A stretch of 58,044 nt of DNA, filler included, from Gonapodya sp. JEL0774 (Eukaryota): the NCBI GenBank assembly GCA_027604505.1. It is 6 parts of 6 records of this genome, joined end to end, with 100 filler letters (N's around TTAATTAATTAA, not from the genome) between each part and the next. Parts side by side here need not be neighbours in the genome. Positions count along the whole stretch, not along the records: positions 1 to 9,776 come from JADIIX010000404.1; 5 more parts are not named here. One strand, given 5' to 3'. Both the position numbers and the translations under genes were made by a program. Of this stretch, positions 1-9,876 are shown piece after piece; within the stretch, counting starts at the first letter, position 1; every line of letters begins with the position of its first letter. The notes under the pieces are model-generated. The model ran no database searches and was not told where the DNA came from. It saw only the letters and a list, made by a program, of their open reading frames with translations.

Positions 1-2194
1 AACAAGAATGCTACCCACGGTCTCTTCGAATTTGTTCTCGGGGTAGACGAAGACCGTCAAGATGGGACCGAAAATTTCTATCAAATCAAGGAGAGAATCA
101 CCGTGGGGATTTGGTCAGACACGCGACGAGTGAGACATGATCGAGCGCACGAATCACCACTCACCCTCGGTCATAGATTTGTAATGTGGGTTGGTGGTTA
201 CGATGATAGTCGGGTGCACAAAGTACCCCTGAGAATCGTCACCTGGTCCGCCGAATTGTTTCACATCAATAGAATTCACATCAAACAATATTCGCACCGC
301 GGATTGCGCAGAGCGACAAAGCCCCTTTGATATGACATGACTCACAGATACCTCCGACCAACACCTCCGCGTCCGGCGCAGCCTTGGCGTGCTCAATGTA
401 CGACTTGCACTTGTCGAAGGAGGACTTGTGGATGACGGCCGAGACGAATGTCGAGAAATCTGTCGGGCAGGTGTGGGAACGACAGTCCGGTCGTGAAACC
501 GCAGTATCGTAGGCCAAGATGCAAAATGGTCGTGCTCCCAAACGTAAACCAGAAGCGACGTGCCCTCTCCTCTATACTGAGACTCGTTCCTGTCACTCCC
601 CTCAACGACCCACCTTCGACCCCGCCCACCTTCATCGCCCGTACCCCTTCCACCAACCCTTTCTTGACCTCGTGCCACACCGTATCGGGGACGTACAATC
701 TCGACGTGGCGCTGCACTTTTGCCCAGAATACTCGAACGCGCCGCGGAGGGTGCTGTTGATGGCGGTGGGCAGGTGGGCGGAGGGGTGGATCATGTGGAG
801 GTTCTTGCCGCCGGTTTCGCCGACTTGGAGGGTCAGCGGGAGGGGGTGTGATGGGGAGCGGGAGAGGGAGAGAGAGGGGCACCGTCTTTGGGCTTTAGGA
901 GCAGGGCGAGCTCATCGGAGTACAAGACGCGACGGAGACGTACCGATCCTCGGAAAGTTCCTATACCCATCCAAGTTTCCCGCCACTCGCTTCCACAATT
1001 CCCTAAACACGGAGCTACTGCCTGTAAAATGCAGTCCTGCAAAGTCTTTGCTGTCGACCATGGCGCCGACGACCTGCTCGGCCTCCCCGGGGACGAACTG
1101 GATCACACCAGGCGGTAAGCCGGATTCGTGGAGGATGGAGAGCACGAGGTAGGATGATAGTAGGGAGTTGGGAGAGGGTTTCCAGAGGACGGAGTTGCCT
1201 GAGGTGAGCGTAGAGTGTGGTGGTTCAGCATAAACTGTCGAAAGGCTGATTTGCGTCCGATTACGAGGCGACCCCAAGACATGGAGCAATATTTCGCCAT
1301 TTGACTCGTTGTTTCTACTCACCCATCAACACTGGGGCACCAGCCAAGTTGCCCCCGATGGCCGTAAAATTGAAAGGACTGACCGCCGCGACAAATCCTT
1401 CCAAGGGCCTGTATTCGACTCTATTCCACAGGCCATCTTGCTGAACCGACAGTGGCTGCTGACTGTAAATATCCCTCTGGGCGTAGAGTACGTTGAAGCG
1501 GAAGAAATCCGCCAGTTCGGCGGCCGCGTCGATTTCTGCTTGCCACACAGTTTTCCCTTGGCCCAGCATAGTGGCTGCGAGAAGTTGGTACCGATACTTG
1601 GTGGCCACGAGGTCGGCGGCTTTGAGGAAGACTGCGGCGCGGTCAGAGAACGGGAGCGAGGACCAGAGCTTCTGGGCTTTGAGGGCACCCGGAATGGCTT
1701 GTGAGGTAATAGTGTAGGCGTCGACGGAGTGAGCAGAAGCAAGTAGAGTGTGGTGGTTGTGGGGAATGTGTTGGAGGAGTGGTTGGGAGGTGGATGAGGT
1801 GGAGTGGAGTGTTTCGACGCCATTGACGACAGAGGGGATTTGGATTGGCAGTTGAGAGCGGAGGTCAGCAAGCGCGGACACAAGATTTCCACGGTCTGTG
1901 GAGTTTGGTGGATACGAGCCCTGGAGGTTGATTGGTGTTTGGAGTTGGGGAGGTGGAATGGGTCAATAACATGGAGTTCAAAACGGAGTGAGCAGGCTGA
2001 ACAGAACACAAATCAGTGGAGGGGATGACGTGTGCACAAACCATTGGCTCATTGACGATGTCCGGGAGCGCGAAGAAGCCGAGTTGGGCGGTGCGCGTTG
2101 CAGTGGACTCGTTGCGGGAGTGCGGAAGGGGATGGGGGAAGGAGAGAGGGCAGACGGGACGGGAAACACGTGGGACAACAACGCGCAGAGACAT
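1..2194 (-). CDS. PUT2: Delta-1-pyrroline-5-carboxylate dehydrogenase (ALDH4 family), multi-exon, 3' end outside window
   Basis: Exon translations contain MLGQGKTVWQAEIDAAAELADFFRFN, EYRPLEGFVAAVSPFNFTAIGGNL, WKPSP, FTGSS and catalytic AFEYSGQKCSATSRLYV. ATG at 2194 opens an Arg/Ser-rich presequence-like segment. First GT donor at 2041. Confidence 0.93.
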
Positions 2195-3149
2195 GGCGGC
2201 GCTATATGGAGATGAAATGGAGAGAGTCCGATGTTTTCCCAAATGTTTCGAACGCACCTGTCGGCTAAACTCATATCCGATTACCCTACCTATTTATCCA
2301 TTTGGGAACAGCGTTATGGGCTTTTGAGGAGAGTTTTCCGCATTACTACGATAATCTACGGCGAGCATTCTTAGAAGGTGGATTATCCGACATATAGCAC
2401 CCGGAACAAGTGACTACGTGTCCAATCAACCAAGTAGAGTGCTCACTTGCTGTGGGCAGCCACCTTCGATGCTCCAGCCCAGCTTCACCAAATATCTCAT
2501 AACGTCACAGTTGTTGGCATACGCCTCAGCCTCCAAGGCCACCACCGTTCCTGCTCCTCTCACTTTACCTTCCGATCGTGCAAGTACAAGCCATGTAGGA
2601 CTGCACACACCGACTTGTAAATCGCTTCGACGACCAAGTGTTGCCCAGGTTCGGATCTAAAACATTCTAATACAAAACCAAATTGCCAGGGTACCGGCAT
2701 TGGAGACTTTCGCGGATACCAAGGAGACGCTCTGTCCGATGGGGTGCATTATGAATATACAAGTGAAATAGACGGCTAGAGTCCAACTCTGCGCCTGCTC
2801 ACCTGACCAATAGAGTTGACTCTTCTGGGGAGTCCGGTCAGGTGTTCGCACTAACGCTTTCAGTGGATAAACTGTGGTGGCGTTTGGCGAGGACGATGGG
2901 GAGCTGCGGTTCTATTCCTGTGGAAACAGCTCGTCCACCCCAACCTATCGGTACCAAAACAATCGTAGAGAGTGGAATGGTCATTCTCGAAGATGATGCG
3001 TCAAGGGAGGGAGGCAACGTGGTATGTCTCTAGGAAGGTAACACCGATTTGGTTCCAGGTCCAAAAATGATCCAACCTAAGCGTATCCGAGACTCACCAC
3101 ATAGACGGATCAGCTTATAAAATATCTCTCATCCGTCGCAGAATAGACC

Positions 3150-5271
3150 GCCGTTATAGTTGTTCCGACAACAGGTTTCTCGTCACCCGAGTCCAGAGGC
3201 CGGGCTGAGGTGAACGAGGTGTGATGTCCGTGGAGAGGGGACAAAAGGGTCGAAGTGATGGAAGCGGGGAGGTGGACATAACATCGTCAGTGGGGGCAGT
3301 CTCGAGTTTCTTTCCTTTCGCGGTCCGCGTGTCATGCATGCCGACGAAATTCATCTCGAATCTACGTCCAGTACTCATCCAGTACAACGACATCCCACTT
3401 TCCGTCATTCCCCGTCGTTGAATCCAATCCATCAATATATTCAACCCGCGGACACGAGCTTCAATCCGAATCCGTCCGCCACTGCGGATCTCGCACTCAC
3501 CTTATGCTCTGAGCAGATATGTGCAGCTCTGCCTGCACCTACACCACGACCTAGTAGTCCCCTAAGGCCTACACCGACGGGTCGCGTGAAAATGCTCGAT
3601 CAAGGAGAACGTTGGACGGGGGCGGGTCTGTGATGTAGGAACGAGAGGCCGACGGAACATATGTGCAGGAAAAGGGTTAAACGGACTTGACTTACCTTCC
3701 CCCAAGGGATCCCGTCTGCACGAGATCTAGTAGTCCCGTCAAGACTCCGCAACCCATACCCTTTGGCTCACCATGCGAGGTTGTGGTGTTCGACCGTCCA
3801 CCCTGTCGGAGATTCCCCCCATGACGGTCTCCGGGTCAGCCGTCCACGCCACCGTAATTTCAACTGACTGACCAGCACACCGTGTGACTGCACTGTCCTG
3901 AAATTACTCGACACCTGATGTCTCGTGCCAGAAACGGCCCGTCCCACTTACCATCCTCACCACTGCCCCGTCATCACTTGCCTCAGCGCTCGCTCGCACT
4001 TAGTGGCCCCAAAGTGGTGATGAGGGTTTGGAGCGGTCGGTGGAGGAGGGGATGCGGATGAGGAAGATCACGATGTGAAGGACTGTCGAAGAGAAGCACG
4101 GTGAAACTCGGATGGAGTCCAGAGATGTTAAAACACACCTTGAGGATCAAAATGCATCCGCCGATCTGTAACTTCCAGCGCACCTCAGGTCGTGGTTGGA
4201 TTTGGAGCAGATCATGCATGTCACTCGGGTAATGAGCTGCGTGTCGACGGAAATGTTTGATTGTGAAAGGAAAGACACGGCTTCGTGAGGTGTGGTCGGC
4301 GGGTGCGAGATTTGTCGGTACGGAAATTGATAGGGGGATGATGGAAAAACCGGATACAGATTTCAAGGTGACAAGGAGAGGCAAGATACCGGTAGGATCT
4401 AAGACCGTGAGAAGAAAACACGACTTTGAGAGTGTGAGCGACACGTGCCTGCTTTGTTTTTACACCGCTTCCTTGCATCGTCTCCCGTTGTTGCAGTCAC
4501 ATTAAAGGGGGTGCTCATCCTGTCGCCTTCCCGCGCCACTGTCCACCACTAAGCTGCCTCGTCCGTCATCATGCCCATGATCCGAGTTTAACGTTTCCCG
4601 TCGAGGAACATCCGCTCTCCACTACAGCACTCACCAATTGCTCTGAAGTCCGACTGGTGGACATCCCCGCCAACCGCATCTCCACGACCTCGTAGCAGCC
4701 AAGACAAACGAGTAATAGTGACGTCCAACTGCGAGGAAGGTGAGTTGGGGAACCGACTGTGCCGTGGACACGAGGGAGTGGGAACGGCAGGTGGAGGAAG
4801 TACGCGAGGGAAAAGTACGGGAAGCGATGTGAGGCTCACCGGGTCGATTGGAGAAATAACGAGGCTACAAAACGAGATGCGGCGATGCATGTTCTGCTTT
4901 CGAGTGCGACAATAAAGGTTCCGTGATGGAGGAAGGGGCGAGCGAGAGTGGGGGGAAACAGAGAAGTATGAGAGGGGGAAGAGGGAAAAGAGCGGAAAAA
5001 CACAAAAGAGCTCGCTCAATTCAAGTAGAAAACTTACCGAGGCAACGGATTTTGTCGGTGGGACCATTGCGGGACGTGTCGTGACTGGTTCGCCCACATA
5101 CTTACACTTCTACGACACTGTCTCAGAGAACAACATCTCAGATTTCATTCTCTCAAGTCTCTCCGACTGACTTCTCTCAGGTGCAAGTCCTGAATCTTTT
5201 CCTGTACTTTCATTTTCTGATCTGATCTGATCTGATGACAAATATCTCAATTTCGAAAGTATCTGTGATTT
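3150..5271. mobile_element. Probable degenerate insertion or TE-derived segment that truncates the HeLo gene
   Basis: HeLo similarity stops abruptly at about 5272. An AT-richer stretch with (TCTGA)4 follows at 5216-5235. A 279-bp segment (4828-5106) has LTR-like ends TGTAAG...CTCACA on the minus strand. No TSD, RT or transposase motif was recognised, and the left boundary is a guess. Confidence 0.3.
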
Positions 5272-5352
5272 GTAGTTGAAGCATTCTAGACAGGTGTTGA
5301 AGGTGGCGGCGATACCGACAGCGCCTGAGACGATTCCGAAAGCGTCAGCCAT
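5110..5352 (-). pseudogene. Truncated HET-S/HeLo-domain effector; only the first ~27 codons are homologous
   Basis: MADAFGIVSGAVGIAATFNTCLECFNY aligns without gaps to the HET-S N-terminus as recalled (MSEPFGIVAGALNVAGLFNNCVDCFEY). After Y27 the ORF runs into unrelated sequence and stops at 5110. Confidence 0.75.
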
Positions 5353-5676
5353 GATAAAGGGCGATGATAATCCTACTGTGACTGGGAAACGATTGCTCTG
5401 TGCAGTTTGGTGGGTGGGATGGAGGTCAAAGTAACTGCGCCACCTGAGGTCATCCTCAGCAAGTTCAGTCGCGTGACTCTTTCCAAGGACTGCGAACGGG
5501 AGAAGCTGTCGGGCCTTGTTGGTGTCGATCCCACTCCTCCGTCTGCTCTGAAGTGATGTGGATGGGACCGTGTCCCTTTTGAATTCCTTACCACACGGCC
5601 TTCTAGGCTCTGTGCCTCACGGCTCCCAAAACTACCACTCGCACTCCCCCACTCCGAATCCCTTCCCTTCTTGGAT

Positions 5677-8600
5677 ATGGCGATGTCCGACACCGCTACT
5701 GCTGCTGAACCACACCTTCAGAGTCCGTCGCTATCTCCGCAAATAGTGAATAATATCACCTACTCAGTAGGGGCCCAGTACATTGACGGCAATGCGCGTT
5801 TACACATGGGCAATTCTATCCACCAAGGCTCGAGGTAAGCTCGACCATTCAAGGCTCCGCGTGCTTACTGTCCTTACCTTTGACCGCTGTAATATCATGA
5901 ATGCCATCAGTGCTTCACAATCCAAAGTTGGCGCGACTCCTGGCTCCTCCCCGCCCCACTACTACATTCCCTTTTCGAGGAACAAACAGTTTGTGGGCCG
6001 GCGCGACGTACTCGCCACTTTGAAAAGAAAACTCTTCGACAATAAGGACTGTCACAGTGTATCTCTCCTGGGACTGGGTGGTGTCGGGAAGACGCAGATC
6101 GCACTGGAGTTTGCGTATAGTGTAGAGGACACATATAAAGATTACTCAATCTTTTGGTTTCCTGCACTGAGTATGGAGAGCTTTGAGCAGGCATGCAAGG
6201 AGGTAGCTATAAAAGTTGGGATCTCTCATATGATAGGGGAAACAGAAGACGTGAAGGAGGTTGTCATGCGGTATTTGAGCGAGGAGGCAGCCGGGCGGTG
6301 GCTCTTGATTGTGGACAATGCCGATGATGCAGATACTGTGTTTCCCAAGCAGGGACGCGGTATTCATGACTACCTTCCACACAGCAAACACGGACTCCTT
6401 CTGTTTACAACCCGCTATGGAGAAATGGCAGATGGACTAACGGAACATCATTTCATTGACGTGGAAGGAATGAGTCACGAAGACGCCACAGAACTATTCA
6501 GGAACTCTGTCCAACCCAAACACAAGCTCAACGACAATTCGAGCTTAAGAGAGCTATTGAATGAGCTCGCATACCTTCCACTGGCGATCTCTCAGGCAAC
6601 CTCTTTCATTAACGTTAAACGAGTCACCATAAAAAAGTACTTGGAAAAGATGCGTGCAATTAACGAGGAACAAGTGATTAAGCTCCTGGATGACACAAGT
6701 TCTAAGAAATCTCAGAAATCAGTAGCAACAACGTGGTTAATTTCGTTTGGGCAGATGTCCAAGGAAAGTCCAAACTCTGCAAAGCTTCTTGCGTTCATGG
6801 GATGTGTAGAATGGAAGGCGATCCCTCAAAGTATTCTGCCAACGGAACCAGAAGAGGACATAGACACAACCATCGGCATACTGAAATCGTACGCTTTTGT
6901 GTCTTCTCGGGAGGTACAGGGCTCAGAGGAGGAACGTTACGATCTCCATCGCCTCGTACATCTGGCAGCACGGAACTGGCTACGTGGGCGAGTAATTGAT
7001 GATGCTCTCTCACAGAAGGAGACCCTCTTTTCCAAAACGATGAAAGAGGCGATCAAACACATCTCAAAGATATTTCCAATAGACGAATGGCAAAATCGAG
7101 AGCGATGGAGGGAGTACCTTCCACACGCTTCAAAAGTTCTCAGTGAGGAAGATGTCAAAGAGCTCACTGAGAAGTACGATCTGTGCCTCAAGGTCGGGCG
7201 ATGTCTGATCAAAGATGGAAGAGGAAAGGACGCAATCCCTGTACTCGAAATATGCCTCAAAGGAAGGCAAGATGTCACACAACATTCTCTGCTCTTGCCC
7301 CGGAGTAATTTCAAGGAGAACAACGTTGGCATGCCTTCTACCTCAAGTACGACTCGGGGCGGCTGGTCTCCGCCCCCCATTTCGAGCTTTCAATGGGGAC
7401 AGCAGGACCGACAAAGTGAAAAATTATCACCAGTTGTTGCAGCCGTGCAAAAAGACAAGTCGCAAGATGAAACTCTCGTGCTGGAAGCGCGGTATGCACT
7501 CGCCCTTGCCTGCTTTTCTGGTGGACAGGCGGTCAGAACGGTGAACATTCTGGAAGAGATGATCAAAACCAGACAGAAAAGATCAAAAAAGGAGGACAAA
7601 AGTCTGGAATCACTGGAGTGGCAGCTCCACCTTGGTAGAGCCTACCTTGCCTGCAACCGCCAGCACGATGGCAAGAGAGTGTTTGAGTATGTGGGAAAGT
7701 TGTCTCCGGATGGTCACCCTCTCAAAGCCTTGGCAATCCACGAGTTTCGAAACATTGAAAAGAGGAGTGAGTGAGTTATTTTTATCTACCAACGTCTGAT
7801 CTCACTGGGTGACTGTTTCAGGGAAATGGATGGACACCATCAGCATCGACAGCATGATAAATGCCATGTCAAACTCCTCCAATGCGAACACTCTTAGTTT
7901 CAAAGGTGAGACAATTTGGTCCACAGTGATATTTTGCTGTTTCGTTGCATGGGGACAAGCGCCATGGCAGCTGACTATCATGCGACATTTACGTACATTT
8001 TCTTCGTGATTGTTCTAGATCGAATTATTGGTGTCGTGGGTGCACGGGCGCTTGCTCATGCGCTGAAGCAGGGCACGGTGACTTATCCTTTAACAAAATT
8101 GGATCTCTCAGGTGCATATGAGTAGATTGCCATATCTCGCCGGAGTGCTTCCGTACTCCAATGGATGCCTCTTCACATCTTAGGAAGTTCCGTTGAAGTT
8201 GAAGGACTGCAAGCCCTTGGCGACGCACTAGCAAGAACCACTACGCTGATTGAACTGAATCTTGAAGGTGAAACTCCTTGAAGGATGCGTCGGGAACGGC
8301 GAAGGCAGCAGCGGGAACAACATTCTCACATCTTTGACCCCACCAGACAACGTTTTGATTGGCGAAAAGGGTGGGAACATACTCAAAGAAGCCTTGAAGG
8401 GCCTCGCATCCCTTGAGAAGCTCAATTTGAACAGTGAATGCACAACGTCGACCCTTTCTCCTCCGAAACCTTCCCTCAAGCTCACGCTACACATCTTACA
8501 ATTCCTTGCAACCACTCACTTCTACCCTTCTGCTCTGACTCATCGCACTCACTTCCCAGAGAACGGGATCGGACCTGAGGGAGTGAAGGCCCTCGCGGAC

Positions 8601-9661
8601 AGGCTCAAGGATCTGACCAGCCTGACCACGTTGCATCTCGCAGGTGCGTTGGAGCGGCGGAGGGGTGTGGTTTTCGGTGGTGTGGTGGCGTGTGCGACAC
8701 GCGACTCACGGTCTCTCGGTCTCTCGGTCCGATCGTTCCGATTGACTTTTTCGATCGATCGATGTCTTCGATGGTTCCAATGTCTACCATTGTCTAGGGA
8801 ACAGCATCGGACCCGAAGGAGCCAAGGCCCTCGCGGACAGGCTCAAGGGTCTGACCAGCCTGACTTCATTGGATCTCGGATGTGAGTTGGAGCGGCGTGA
8901 GCGGGGGCGGGGGGTGCGGTGCGGTTTTCGGTCACTCACTGTCTCTCTGTGGTGGCGTGCGCGACACGCGACTCACGGTCTCACGGTCTCTCTCGGTCCG
9001 ATCGTTCCGATTGACTTTTTCGATCGGTCGATGTCTTCGATGGTTCCATTGTCTACCATTGTCTAGCGAACAGGATCGGAGACGAGGGAGCCAAGGCCCT
9101 CGCGGACGGGCTCCAGCATCTGGCCAGCCTGACCACGTTGCATCTCGCACGTGAGTTGAAGCGGCGGAGGGGTGTGGTTTTCGGTGGTGTGGTGGCGTGC
9201 GCGACACGCGACTCACGGTCTCACGGTCTCTCTCGGTCCGATTGTTCCGATGTCGATGGTTCGATCGGTCGATGTATTCGATGGTATCATTGTCTACCAT
9301 TGTCTAGTGAACAGGCTCGGAGACGAGGGAGCCAAGGCCATCGCGGACGGGCTCAAGGGTCTGGCCAGCCTGACCAAATTGGATCTCGGATGTGAGTTGG
9401 AGCGGCGTGAGCGGGGGCGGGGGGTGCGGTGCGGTTTTCGGTCACTCACTGTCTCTCTGTGGTGGTGTGCGCGGCACGCGACTCACGGTCTCACGGTCTC
9501 TCTCGGTCCGATTGCTCCGATGTCGATGGTTCGATCGGTCGATGTATTCCATGGTTCCATTGTCTACCATTGTCTAGCGAACATTATCAGAGACGAGGGA
9601 GCCAAGGCCCTCGCGGACGGGCTCCAGCATCTGGCCAGCCTGACCACGTTGGATCTCGTAG
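5677..9661 (+). CDS. NLR-like STAND protein: N-terminal HET-s-like amyloid motif, NB-ARC, TPR-like helices, >=9 RI-type LRRs; 3' truncated by contig end
   Basis: Exons 5677-5834, 5911-7766, 7822-7905, 8019-8111, 8184-8267, 8347-8433, 8560-8643, 8798-8881, 9067-9150, 9308-9391, 9578-9661. All are GT-AG and in frame (2782 nt, 927 codons plus 1 nt). NB-ARC motifs: PFSRNKQFVGR, Walker A GLGGVGKTQ, Walker B WLLIVDNAD, LLFTTR, YLPLAI, YDLHRLVH. The NB-ARC call is strong; the link to the LRRs rests on intron 7767-7821. Confidence 0.8.
5761..5820 (+). other. HET-s-related amyloid motif (R0-like) YSVGAQYIDGNARLHMGNSI
   Basis: Ungapped register match to the HET-s prion-domain repeats as recalled: R1 NSAKDIRTEERARVQLGNVV and R2 NSVETVVGKGESRVLIGNEY. 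Shared features are S-V, G at position 10, A-R-hydrophobic-x-hydrophobic and G-N. Confidence 0.7.
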
Positions 9662-9776
9662 GTGAGTTGAAGCAGCGGAGGGGTGTGGTTTTTAGTGGTG
9701 TGGTGGCGTGCGCGACACGCGACTCACGGTCTCACGGTCTCTCTCGGTCCGATCGTTCCGATGTCGATGGTTCGAT
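8560..9776 (+). repeat. Tandem array of near-identical LRR exon+intron units (two-exon period ~510 bp)
   Basis: 84-nt exons start at 8560, 8798, 9067, 9308 and 9578. Introns alternate 154/185/157/186 nt and all four complete ones end in TGTCTACCATTGTCTAG. Confidence 0.95.
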
Positions 9777-9876
9777 NNNNNNNNNNNNNNNNNNNNNNNN
9801 NNNNNNNNNNNNNNNNNNNNTTAATTAATTAANNNNNNNNNNNNNNNNNNNNNNNNNNNNNNNNNNNNNNNNNNNN
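9777..9876. other. Artificial contig linker (N44-TTAATTAATTAA-N44)
   Basis: Six-frame-stop 12-mer at 9821-9832 inside Ns; the identical 100-bp spacer occurs five times in the window. Confidence 0.98.

Noticed and set aside
2426..2608. Ankyrin-like fragment AYANNCDVMRYLVKLGWSI
   Set aside because: A single short match with no supporting repeats or gene structure.
3030..3090. Minus-strand IRLGWIIFG as a possible continuation of the HeLo gene (cf. VQLGRPFG)
   Set aside because: Register is off by one residue, a stop follows quickly and no further HeLo motifs appear; probably chance.
5783..5910. ORF-track N-terminus MTAMRVYTW... of the 663-aa ORF
   Set aside because: It starts at TTG and runs through a predicted intron; the spliced ATG 5677 model gives a meaningful motif.
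8560..9776. Regular repeat-spacer appearance resembling a CRISPR array or satellite
   Set aside because: Units are GT-AG introns plus 84-nt LRR exons in eukaryotic DNA; no unique spacers or cas genes.
9821..9832. TTAATTAATTAA palindromic motif recurring five times
   Set aside because: Always centred in N runs of fixed length; an artificial six-frame-stop linker, not a biological site.
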